A stretch of 64,000 nucleotides of DNA from an uncultured Actinomycetes bacterium (GTDB lineage Bacteria; Actinomycetota; Actinomycetes; Actinomycetales; Actinomycetaceae), in contig CAUTDS010000005.1 of the NCBI GenBank assembly GCA_963537175.1, forward strand, positions 4,002 to 68,001. Direction: 5' to 3'. This document shows positions 30,678 to 39,646 of the stretch, piece by piece. Made by a program: the position numbers and the translations under genes. How positions within the stretch are numbered: the stretch's first letter is position 1; every line of letters starts with the position of its first letter. Below the pieces are notes generated by a model, which was not told the DNA's origin, made no database searches, and saw nothing but the letters and a program-made list of their open reading frames with translations.

Positions 30678-32192
30678 TTAGCGCCTTCCGAGAGGGCGCG
30701 TCACGGTGTATGCGGAGTCCAGATCCGTGATCTCAACGGTGACCATTCCGTTTTCGTCGACGATGTAGGACTCTTCGATAAGGGGGCCATCCTCGGTACG
30801 AACGACGGGCACGGCCGACAGGTCAATGTCGGAGTGGCGCAGGGCGCGATCGAAAGGAACGATGACTTCGCCGTAGGGCTGCAGGTCGCCACGGGGCACC
30901 CCGGCCTCATCGAACGACGAATACTCGACGAAGCGGAAGTAGCCGATGTTGTGCGCGGCGCGGTAGCGGCGCTTGATCGTCAGGGTCTCACCGGGAGCAA
31001 GCTCAGTGTTCGGCTCCAGGAGCGTGTCGAAGGAGATGAACGAGCCGGCCTCGCGCTCACGGAAGACGCCGACGCCACGAGAGAGCTGCTCGCGAACTGT
31101 GTACGCGGCCTCGGGATCGGCGCCGATGGCCAGACCGATCGCGGTCGAGGCTGCCGTGTGCGGCGAACGGTGCACGCGGCGGCCGAAGCGCGAACGAAGG
31201 ACGCGCGCAACCAGCGGCAGCTGCGATCCACCGCCCACGACGTACAGGCCGGCGATGTCGCCGCCCAGCTGACCAACGCCTGACGCGTCGGGCACCAACA
31301 GGGGCTCCATGGCCTCGATCGTTGCCTCGATGAGGGGAGTGGCGGCCTCGTAGAAGTCGGAAACCGGAATTGTCACGGGCTTTCCGTCAACGGGTACGGT
31401 GATGAACTTCGTCGAGGGGGAGAGGGTCTCTTTCGCGTCGCGTGAGTCCTCGATCAAACGCTCCCACGCCTCGTCGCCCAGCTTGCCGGAGTCGGTGCCA
31501 GCGGCCGCAGCAAGGCGGGTAGCGAGCACGACATCAAAGTCATCGCCGCCGACCATATTGAGGCCGCGCGATCCCATGACCTCGTGGAGCGTACCCGTGG
31601 CGGACACGATGGAGGCGTCAAAGGTGCCGCCGCCGAGATCGTAGACGAGGATCGCCGTGCGCTTGGAGTTGAGGGTGCCAGCATGACGATGTGTGTACTC
31701 AAAGCCCGCGGCGGAGGGTTCGTTGACCATCGCGAGAACGTTCCAACCCGCGCGGCGGAAGGCCTCAAGGGTAAGGAAGCGCTGCGCCGACCACGCGTGA
31801 GCCGGAATGCCGACGAGAGCCTCGAGCGGCTCCGAATCGGGCAGCGAGGCGACGGAGGAGTTGGTGCGCAGCTGGCGCTCGACGTAGCTGAGGAAACCCG
31901 TCAGCGCGTCGAGGATCGAGATGCTGTGATTGCCCAGGCGAAGCGTGGAGGTGTCAGTCACCGACGGATCGGACAGTAGGCGCTTGAAGGAACGCAGGTG
32001 GGGAGCGCCCTCCCTGGCGGCATCCTCAGCATCGAAGCCGTAGATCAGGCGATCGCCGTCAAGAGCGATGATGGACGGAACGAAATCGACCGTATCGTCA
32101 TTGTTGTTGACGAAAGAGACGATCGGGTAGTTCCCCCGATCGACGATAGCGATCGCAGTGGTTGTGGTGCCAAAATCAACTCCGAGTCTCAT
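30678..32192 (-). CDS. Non-canonical Hsp70-family ATPase (actin-like NBD plus short beta-rich C-terminal domain, no helical lid)
   Basis: NBD motifs GVDFGTTTT, NEPSAAG, VYDLGGGTFDAS and VVGGGSQLP. About 504 aa, so much shorter than DnaK. The start is the ATG at 32192 or the GTG at 32201. Confidence 0.75.
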   Translation of the reverse strand: MRLGVDFGTTTTAIAIVDRGNYPIVSFVNNNDDTVDFVPSIIALDGDRLIYGFDAEDAAREGAPHLRSFKRLLSDPSVTDTSTLRLGNHSISILDALTGFLSYVERQLRTNSSVASLPDSEPLEALVGIPAHAWSAQRFLTLEAFRRAGWNVLAMVNEPSAAGFEYTHRHAGTLNSKRTAILVYDLGGGTFDASIVSATGTLHEVMGSRGLNMVGGDDFDVVLATRLAAAAGTDSGKLGDEAWERLIEDSRDAKETLSPSTKFITVPVDGKPVTIPVSDFYEAATPLIEATIEAMEPLLVPDASGVGQLGGDIAGLYVVGGGSQLPLVARVLRSRFGRRVHRSPHTAASTAIGLAIGADPEAAYTVREQLSRGVGVFREREAGSFISFDTLLEPNTELAPGETLTIKRRYRAAHNIGYFRFVEYSSFDEAGVPRGDLQPYGEVIVPFDRALRHSDIDLSAVPVVRTEDGPLIEESYIVDENGMVTVEITDLDSAYTVTRPLGRR

Positions 32193-32225
32193 GGCACCCA
32201 CACTAGCGGTTAAATAGGGGAGGTC

Positions 32226-32969
32226 CTAGGACGTCTCGCCGGGCGTTCGCACATTCCCCAGTAAGGCCCTGTTTGCAATGGTGACAAAGAGCCAGGCGAG
32301 TAGGAAGTACACACATCCGGCAATGGCATCAACCACATAATGATTGCCTGTTGCGACGATTGTCACGATGGTTAAAGCGGGGTGGATGGCGAGAACCATT
32401 CGCGCCCACCACGAGCGCCACACGTACGTGCCGAGCATGAAAGCGACCCATACGGACCAGCCCGTGTGCATCGATGGCATGGCACCGTAGGGGTTTGCAA
32501 GCGTGCCAAACAGCTGGGAATATGCGGACGTATGCTCGGCGACCGCATCGACAAAGCCAAGCTCGGGAACGAGGCGCGGGGGAGCCAGGGGATAGGTCCA
32601 GTAGGTAATGAGTGCTCCGATCGTCATGATGACGAGAGTCCATCGGGCGCTGCGATAGTGGGTGGGAGCCTTGCGCCAAAGGATAACCATGGCGAAACCG
32701 GTCATTGCGAAAAACGACACCGCGTACTGCGTGGATGCGAGGGACGCGAGCAGCGGATGGGCTGTCAGCCAGGCATTCGCCGAGCCTTCAATAAACAGAC
32801 CGAAGCGGGACTCAAAGGAAGCGACGTCGTGTGCATGCGCGACGGCGATGGATTTGGGTGCCTTGGCGAGAAACGACAGAATCGAATACGACAGGCATGC
32901 CAGCGCGAGCACGATGGTCTCGCGGATGGCAGGGGGGCGCTGGATGCGCACGTCGCGGGCTGTCGTCAT
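32226..32969 (-). CDS. PAP2_3 / Aur1-like membrane phosphotransferase-phosphatase family protein
   Basis: Multi-TM protein with the PSMHTGWSVW and TGNHYVVDAIAG motifs (PAP2 C2/C3-like). It ends 25-34 nt upstream of the Hsp70-like gene on the same strand. Confidence 0.75.
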   Translation of the reverse strand: MTTARDVRIQRPPAIRETIVLALACLSYSILSFLAKAPKSIAVAHAHDVASFESRFGLFIEGSANAWLTAHPLLASLASTQYAVSFFAMTGFAMVILWRKAPTHYRSARWTLVIMTIGALITYWTYPLAPPRLVPELGFVDAVAEHTSAYSQLFGTLANPYGAMPSMHTGWSVWVAFMLGTYVWRSWWARMVLAIHPALTIVTIVATGNHYVVDAIAGCVYFLLAWLFVTIANRALLGNVRTPGETS

Positions 32970-33130
32970 GGGTGTAACTGTACCGCGTGGTCGGAGGGCG
33001 GTCGATAAAGAAACGCGGACATAATGTACATTATCGGATCGTGGGGTGGATTGGGACGAGGCGAGGGAGCGTTCCGCTTGACGTGTCAGATAGAATGGAC
33101 CCGTTTCATTCTTATGTTCAGGAGGCTGTT

Positions 33131-33496
33131 ATGGCTGACCGCGCACTGCGTGGCATGCAGATCGGTGCGAAGTCCCTCGAGTCTGAGGACGGTGTTGTTT
33201 TCGCCGATCGTTTCGTCGTCCGTTACGCGTGCCCCAACGGTCACGATTTCGAGGTGACGCTGTCCAGCGAGGCCACCGCGCCCGCGACGTGGGAATGCAA
33301 GTGCGGCCAGACGGCTGAGCTCGTCGGCGAAACCGTTGAGGACGAGGAAAACAAGCCCGTCAAGCCGCAGCGCACCCACTGGGACATGCTGCTCGAGCGT
33401 CGCTCGATCGAGGAACTCGAGGTCGTTCTGGCCGAGCAGCTGACCGCGTACCGCGAGGGGCGCCTGCGTCCCGAGGGCTCCTACCGCAAGGGCTAA
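33131..33496 (+). CDS. rbpA: RNA polymerase-binding protein RbpA
   Basis: MADRALRG N-terminus, a CPNGH...CKCG zinc-ribbon-like core and PQRTHWDMLLERRSIEELE, the RbpA sigma-interaction motif. AGGAGG RBS. Confidence 0.9.
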   Translation: MADRALRGMQIGAKSLESEDGVVFADRFVVRYACPNGHDFEVTLSSEATAPATWECKCGQTAELVGETVEDEENKPVKPQRTHWDMLLERRSIEELEVVLAEQLTAYREGRLRPEGSYRKG

Positions 33497-34278
33497 CGTT
33501 TCGGTAGCATCTGTCGCGCGGCCTGGGCCAGTCGGCTCAGGCCGCCTTTCGTTACCATCACGAGCTCCTCGACGAAAATCGATGAGTCGAGCTTCGATTC
33601 GCCGGCCATGCGCTCGTCGAAGGTGATCGGAACCTCGACGATGGTCGCGCCCAGGGAACGCTCAAGCTCGGTCATTTCGACCTGGAACCCAAATCCTGTT
33701 GTCGCTACCCGACCGAGGACCTCGTGTTCGCGCAGGAAAGACGCACGGTGTAGGCGCAGGCCTGCCGTCGCATCGCGCACGGGCGTTCCGAGGCAAAAAC
33801 GGACATAATAATTGCCCGCTTTGGACAGGGCGACGCGCTTCGTCGACCATCCGTTGATGGCGCCGCCGGGCACCCAGCGTGAACCGATGACCAGGTCAGG
33901 ACGATCCGGACCGGCCATGCGGCTCAGTAGCTTCGGCAGATCGACGGGACGATGTGAGCCGTCCGCATCCATCTGGAGAATGAACGGATATCCGTGGTCG
34001 ATTCCCCAGCCCATGCCGTCGACGTACGCGGTGGCGAGCCCTGACTTCGCGGGGCGATGCAGAACGTGGAGGCGCTCCTCGCCCTCTCGCCGGGTATCGA
34101 CCCACTCCCCCGTTCCATCCGGCGACGAATCATCGACGATAAGCACGTGCGCGCTCGGCACGTGCGCCCAGATGTCGTCGAGAATCGTCGGTAGCGTCGA
34201 CATCTCGTTGTACGTCGGGATAACGATCAGGGTGTGGTCGCCGGAAGGCGACGGAGAGAGAGGTACCGATTCAGTCAT
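33493..34278 (-). CDS. ppm1: Polyprenol-phosphate mannosyltransferase (GT2, Ppm1 catalytic domain)
   Basis: GT2 motifs VIPTYNE, VDDSSPDGT and QMDADGSH. It sits downstream of lnt, as in the split Ppm1 arrangement of M. smegmatis and Corynebacterium. Confidence 0.85.
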   Translation of the reverse strand: MTESVPLSPSPSGDHTLIVIPTYNEMSTLPTILDDIWAHVPSAHVLIVDDSSPDGTGEWVDTRREGEERLHVLHRPAKSGLATAYVDGMGWGIDHGYPFILQMDADGSHRPVDLPKLLSRMAGPDRPDLVIGSRWVPGGAINGWSTKRVALSKAGNYYVRFCLGTPVRDATAGLRLHRASFLREHEVLGRVATTGFGFQVEMTELERSLGATIVEVPITFDERMAGESKLDSSIFVEELVMVTKGGLSRLAQAARQMLPKR

Positions 34279-34297
34279 GAATCACATCTTGCCGAAT

Positions 34298-35917
34298 TTA
34301 GTGGCCGGATGCACGCCTGGCGCGCGCTGAGGCCCTGATTCCTTGTCCGATAACTGTTGCGGTGGTGAGTATCGCGATTGCCAGCGTTGTCGCCATCACA
34401 GCTGCCGGAATCCTCTCCCCCGCCGACGCCGTCAACGTCTGCGAGGACCGAAGCGGGATGTCGGCAGCGAGCGAGGCCGCCTCCTCGGTACCAGTGCTGG
34501 CGAGAACCGAGCCGTCGGGACGAATCACGTACGAGTGGCCGGTTGTTGACGCCTGAACGGCGCTGCGCGAATACTCCATTGCGCGCATGCGCAAGAGCTG
34601 GCCCTGCTGCGCGGACTCGCCCGACGAGCGGAAATGATAGTTGTTCGAGGGAACAACGATCGCCTGACCACCACGAGTAACGCCTTCGCCGATCACGAGG
34701 GGGTATGCCGCCTCGAAACAAATCCCGACGGCCAGGGGGACGCTGCGCCCGTCACGCGCCTGGACCGTCATCACGGGAGGCTCCTCCCCCGCTTCCATGT
34801 CCTTGCTGGCCTGAGCAACCTCTGTCGCGAACGAAGCGATGACATCCCGGAAAGGAATGAACTCGCCAAAGGGAACGGGAACGTGCTTGGAGTAGCGGGC
34901 TGCCTCGTCCATGCCTGAGCCGGGTTCCCACACCGCCAGCCAGTTCTTCACGCGGTCGCGCTCGTTCAGGTTCGTGTAGCCGATCAGGATCGGAGCATCG
35001 AGCGCCGTGGCCGCTGAATCGACGGCCTGGCCGATGGCAGGAAATGCAAGCGGGTCACGATCGACGGAACCCTCGCCCCAGAACGCGATGTCAATCGGAC
35101 GATCAATGACCTGCGCTGAATTCGCGAGCTCGAGGGACGCGCGCATGTTGTTATCGGTCACCTCCCCCTCGCGGCTGTACGCCTCGGCACCGGGCAGCGC
35201 AATATCGCCTTGGACGACGCCGACGCGCAACATGCCGTTCTCCGCCTGATTCGGCAGAGAAATGGCGATGGGTGCGACGTATGCGGCGGCGACGATGACG
35301 GCCAGCGCCGGGCGCGAAAACCAGTGCTCGCGCACCACGGCGGCGTCGCGCGCCGCGAAAGCACGGCGGACAAGAACCGCAAGAAATACGACGACTGCGG
35401 TGATGAGCGTGGTCCCGCCATAGGGTGCGAGATGGCCGAGCGGCGAATCCACCTGCGGTAAGGCAACGGAGCCCCACGGGAAGCCCGACCATGGCCACCG
35501 TGAGCGAGCAGCGTCGACGCCGGCCCAGGTCAGTGCGAACAAGAAAGCCTGGACGAGCGGACCACGCGCCCACCGCCACAGCTGGATCCATCGCGCAAAG
35601 ACTACCCAGCCCATGAAGAAGAAAGTCTGCACGAGCGCGAGAACGAACCACGGGGGTGTCGTGCCAACGGCCAGCGGAATCCAGTCGATGAGAGGAACCC
35701 AGAAGCTCATGCCGAACACGAACGTCACGGTCAGCGCGCGCGGGGCCCTGGCCTCGTCAATGCGCGACACAAACAGGGCGAGGGCAGGCACCGATAGCCA
35801 CCACCAGCCCACGGGTGGAAACGATGCGTACAGCGCGAGGCCGGCGATCGCGGCGATGATTGAATCGCCGCACACGTGTGCGAACGATGCGCGCTGGAAG
35901 ATCTGCTGATGCCCCAC
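34298..35917 (-). CDS. lnt: Apolipoprotein N-acyltransferase
   Basis: Multi-TM N-terminal half plus a C-terminal nitrilase-like domain (VVQGDI..., ICFEAAYP). The GTG at 35917 is preceded by GGAGGG. Confidence 0.85.
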   Translation of the reverse strand: MGHQQIFQRASFAHVCGDSIIAAIAGLALYASFPPVGWWWLSVPALALFVSRIDEARAPRALTVTFVFGMSFWVPLIDWIPLAVGTTPPWFVLALVQTFFFMGWVVFARWIQLWRWARGPLVQAFLFALTWAGVDAARSRWPWSGFPWGSVALPQVDSPLGHLAPYGGTTLITAVVVFLAVLVRRAFAARDAAVVREHWFSRPALAVIVAAAYVAPIAISLPNQAENGMLRVGVVQGDIALPGAEAYSREGEVTDNNMRASLELANSAQVIDRPIDIAFWGEGSVDRDPLAFPAIGQAVDSAATALDAPILIGYTNLNERDRVKNWLAVWEPGSGMDEAARYSKHVPVPFGEFIPFRDVIASFATEVAQASKDMEAGEEPPVMTVQARDGRSVPLAVGICFEAAYPLVIGEGVTRGGQAIVVPSNNYHFRSSGESAQQGQLLRMRAMEYSRSAVQASTTGHSYVIRPDGSVLASTGTEEAASLAADIPLRSSQTLTASAGERIPAAVMATTLAIAILTTATVIGQGIRASARARRASGH

Positions 35918-35933
35918 TAGCCCTCCGGATGTC

Positions 35934-38702
35934 TCAAATCGTCGACCACGCAACGATACCGCGACCGATGCGGTCCTTCGCGGCTTCGGCTTTGCGCGTC
36001 AGCTCGCCACTAGACGACGCCGATGCAATCTGACCGAGGCAGTCCATCACCTGGCGCATCCAGCGGACAAAGTCTCCGGCCTGGATCGGCGTGGCATCAA
36101 TCGCCGTGGCCAGCGTCGAGCCGTGCGCCCACGCAAGTGTGGCAGCCATCAGGCCGGCGTCGACGCTCGGGGTCAGGTCGCAGCCACAGGCTTTTTCGAC
36201 GCGGTGAACGCGCTCCAAGGTCGCCAGGCTCTCATGCCATGCTTCCTGCAGTCGAATTCCCACACCCGCAGGGGCCAGCTGTTGCGCATCGTCGTCGGAG
36301 CGAGAATCGTAGACGAGCGCAGACACCATCGCCGCGAGCTCTGCCTCGTCGAGCTCATTCCACGTGCCCTCATTCATCGACATAGCCACCACCAGGTCGC
36401 GCTCACCGAAGATTCGGCGCAAGCGTTGACCCGCCTCAGTGACCTCATCCCCAGCCAAAAAGCCGAGACGTTCGAGGACCGCGCAGACGCGGTCGAACTG
36501 GGCGGCCACGGAACCCGTCTGGGAGTCGATGGATGAACGCAGACGATCGATTTCGCGTGCCAGGCGTGCCCACTGGGCGCCCGCGCGAGCATGCTCCTCG
36601 CGGTGCGGGCATCGGTGAACCGGATGCTGACGCATCGCAACGCGCAGCGCCGAGATTGGATCGGAGGCCTGCGTGGAGTCTACCGGCACCTCAAAAAGGC
36701 CCTTGGCCGCGCCGGAGCGCAAATCTCCGGCGATGCGCGTGCGCTCCTTCGTGCGCCGCAGCGCGGAGCCACCGGGAATGGACATGTGTCCGACGACGGC
36801 AATTGCACCGCGCACGTCTTCGGGTGCCAGCGCCCTCCACGTTGCGTCCTCCCCGATGACCGAGACCTCGACTCTGCCCGAAGCGCTGGTGGCCTTCGCC
36901 CCAACGACGCACAGGCGTGTCTTGCGGCCACGAGTCAGTGCCAGGACGTCGCCCGGGCGCACACCGGACAAAAGACGCCGCGATTCATCTCGCGCCTCGC
37001 GCTTGCGTGCACGCGCACCTGATTTCTCCGCCTGACCCAGCTGGTCGCGCAGCGTCAGGTACTCGCGGACATCTCCGTGCGAACACGACAGGTCCTCGGC
37101 CGTCGCGTCGCGCTGCGCCTCCAGGTCGGTCAGTTGCGACGCGAGTGCGACGACGGCAGAATCGGCCTGGTACTGCGCAAAAGAAGACTCCAGCACCCTG
37201 CGAGTCTGCGCGCGCGTTGAGCGCGGAAGCAGGTTGACGACCATGTTGTATGTCGGAGTGAACGCGGAAATCAACGGGTACGTGCGCTTCGACGCGAGGG
37301 CGGCAACCTCTTCGGGTGCCACTCCCCCACGATGCGAGACGACCGCGTGCCCTTCGGTGTCGATACCGCGGCGCCCCGCGCGTCCCGAGAGCTGCGTGTA
37401 CTCGCCGGCGGAGAGGGAGACGTGGGCCGAGCCATTCCACTTTGTCAGTGATTCGATGACGACCGTGCGCGCGGGCATATTGATGCCGAGCGCGAGCGTC
37501 TCGGTCGCGTACACCATCTTGACGAGGCCGCGCGAAAACAGGTGTTCGACGCTCTCCTTCATGAGGGGCAGCATGCCAGCGTGGTGCGCGGCGATGCCGC
37601 GCATGAGGCCGCGTTTCCAGGCCTCGGCGCCGAGGACGATGGCATCCTCGGGCGGAAGAAGCGCGATGACCTCATCCACGTAACTCTCGATCTCGGCGGC
37701 CTCCGAGCGGGTTGTCAGCGTGATGCGCGTGGAGAGGATCTGGCGCACCGCATCCTCGCATCCTGCCCGCGAGAAGATGAACGTGATGGCGGGCAGCAGG
37801 CCCGCGCGATCGAGAGAAATCAGCGTCGAGGGACGCGATTCGCGCCGCACGCGGACCTCGCGGTTCCACGAGCGTGAGCCGCGCCCGCCGCGCATTCCGG
37901 AGTCCCGCGTCGCGGCCACGAGCTGCGGATTGAGCTTTCCCTTTCCGGTCGGCGCGTACAGGTCAAAAATCTCCTCCCCGACGATCATGTGCTGGTAGAG
38001 CGGGACCGGGCGCTTTTCGGAAACGATGATCTCGCAGCTGGAGCGCACTTCCCGGATCCACGCGCCGAATTCCTCGGCGTTTGACACCGTGGCCGACAGG
38101 GCGATAATCGCGACGTGTGCGGGCAGGTGAATGATCACTTCCTCCCACACAGGGCCACGCATCTTGTCTGCCAGGTAGTGGACTTCGTCGAGGATGACGA
38201 CACCCAGGTCGTCGAGAGGAGCGCCCGCGTAGATCATGTTGCGCGCCACCTCTGTCGTCATGACGACGATCGGGGCCCCGGAGTTCACTGACGTATCTCC
38301 GGTTGCCAGGCCGACGTTGTCAGAGCCGTACAGGTCGCACAGCTCCAGGTACTTCTGGTTGGACAGCGCCTTGATGGGGGTCGTGTAGAACGCGCGCATC
38401 CCCTGCTCGAGTGCGACGTATGCGCCGAACTGGCCGACGATCGTCTTGCCAGCACCTGTGGGTGCGGCAACGAGGACGGAGTTACCAGCCTCGACGGCAT
38501 CGAGTGCCTGGATCTGGAACGGATCCGGAGTGAAGCTTAGCGTGGAGACCCAGCGTGCACGCAGGGATGAGGCGGCCTGGGCTTCGGCCTTGTACGCGGC
38601 GTAGCGCTGGGCTGCGCTGCCCACGCCGAGGCCGACTTCCTCCTCGCGGCGCGCTACGTGCTCAGCGTCCCGGGTGCGGTGTCGACGTCGTTTGGGGCTC
38701 AC
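35934..38702 (-). CDS. helY: Ski2-like DEAD/DEAH-box RNA helicase HelY
   Basis: APTGAGKT Walker A, DEVH box, SATVSN, 922 aa with a C-terminal DSHCT-like region. Synteny with pafBC as in Mycobacterium. Confidence 0.85.
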   Translation of the reverse strand: MSPKRRRHRTRDAEHVARREEEVGLGVGSAAQRYAAYKAEAQAASSLRARWVSTLSFTPDPFQIQALDAVEAGNSVLVAAPTGAGKTIVGQFGAYVALEQGMRAFYTTPIKALSNQKYLELCDLYGSDNVGLATGDTSVNSGAPIVVMTTEVARNMIYAGAPLDDLGVVILDEVHYLADKMRGPVWEEVIIHLPAHVAIIALSATVSNAEEFGAWIREVRSSCEIIVSEKRPVPLYQHMIVGEEIFDLYAPTGKGKLNPQLVAATRDSGMRGGRGSRSWNREVRVRRESRPSTLISLDRAGLLPAITFIFSRAGCEDAVRQILSTRITLTTRSEAAEIESYVDEVIALLPPEDAIVLGAEAWKRGLMRGIAAHHAGMLPLMKESVEHLFSRGLVKMVYATETLALGINMPARTVVIESLTKWNGSAHVSLSAGEYTQLSGRAGRRGIDTEGHAVVSHRGGVAPEEVAALASKRTYPLISAFTPTYNMVVNLLPRSTRAQTRRVLESSFAQYQADSAVVALASQLTDLEAQRDATAEDLSCSHGDVREYLTLRDQLGQAEKSGARARKREARDESRRLLSGVRPGDVLALTRGRKTRLCVVGAKATSASGRVEVSVIGEDATWRALAPEDVRGAIAVVGHMSIPGGSALRRTKERTRIAGDLRSGAAKGLFEVPVDSTQASDPISALRVAMRQHPVHRCPHREEHARAGAQWARLAREIDRLRSSIDSQTGSVAAQFDRVCAVLERLGFLAGDEVTEAGQRLRRIFGERDLVVAMSMNEGTWNELDEAELAAMVSALVYDSRSDDDAQQLAPAGVGIRLQEAWHESLATLERVHRVEKACGCDLTPSVDAGLMAATLAWAHGSTLATAIDATPIQAGDFVRWMRQVMDCLGQIASASSSGELTRKAEAAKDRIGRGIVAWSTI

Positions 38703-39646
38703 GATGCATCCTCTCGGGTCCAGATCGACAAAACTGAGCGCGCACGGCGTGCGGCGTCGTCGCGCATATCCGGCGTCACGGCCCGCAGGTGTGGGGCGAC
38801 GTCAATGAGGAGGCTCAGGCCCCACTGTTCGTTCCAGACGGGCAGCGTAATACGCGCTCCCCCGCCGTCCAGCTCGGCGACGATGCGACCGTCGTATTCG
38901 TCGGCGATCCACCGAGCATCGCGATCGACATCGAGAGTCCAGGTGGGTGCATCATGGCGCACGCGGCGCGGCTCCTCGACGCGTGGCCCCTCGCCGCGCA
39001 CGTCGCTGATCGACGCGACCGCAAAGCTGCGTGCTTCCCCCGCGCGAGTGCACCAGCCGCGCAGGAGCCATCCGCTTGCACTCGCCTCGAGCGACCACGG
39101 GTCAACGATGCGGCGCGTGCGAACGCCCGAAGCGGACACGTAGGTGAAAGACACCCGTTCTTCGCGTAGGAGTGCATCGCGCAGAGTCTCAAGGCTCGCG
39201 CTCGACGAGGTCAGAGACGGAATCGCTTCCATGTGCTGTTCGGCGTCGGCCTCTTTCAAGCCACCGAGCGCGCAGACGACGAGGGCTGCGTGCGGAACGT
39301 GAGCGGAAAGCTCCTTGCCGAGCAGCGGGGTCATCGCAGACAGGCCGATGAGAAGAGCCTGCGCCTCAAGCGTAGACAGACGCAGCGGTGCCGAGGCGCC
39401 CAGCGTCGAGCGCAGCGACACACGCTGTTCTTGCTCGTAGAGCTCCCAATCGAGCTCGAAAGACGCTCCGGGCAGTGAATCTCCGACGGACGCGAGATAC
39501 TCGACGTCACGACGCACCTGTCGGCGAGTGCGATGGAAATGCGCAGCGACCTCATCGACGGTCGCGCCGGGATGATCGCTCATCCACGCCACCATCGAAG
39601 CAAGCCGGACAACGGCCAACTGAACGTTCTCAGGCATCGCGCTCAC
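38699..39646 (-). CDS. pafC: WYL-domain transcriptional regulator PafC
   Basis: HTH N-terminus, central WYL-type region, paired with a paralog upstream. The stop overlaps the helY GTG (GTGA). The start could be the ATG at 39637. Confidence 0.7.
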   Translation of the reverse strand: MSAMPENVQLAVVRLASMVAWMSDHPGATVDEVAAHFHRTRRQVRRDVEYLASVGDSLPGASFELDWELYEQEQRVSLRSTLGASAPLRLSTLEAQALLIGLSAMTPLLGKELSAHVPHAALVVCALGGLKEADAEQHMEAIPSLTSSSASLETLRDALLREERVSFTYVSASGVRTRRIVDPWSLEASASGWLLRGWCTRAGEARSFAVASISDVRGEGPRVEEPRRVRHDAPTWTLDVDRDARWIADEYDGRIVAELDGGGARITLPVWNEQWGLSLLIDVAPHLRAVTPDMRDDAARRARSVLSIWTREDAS

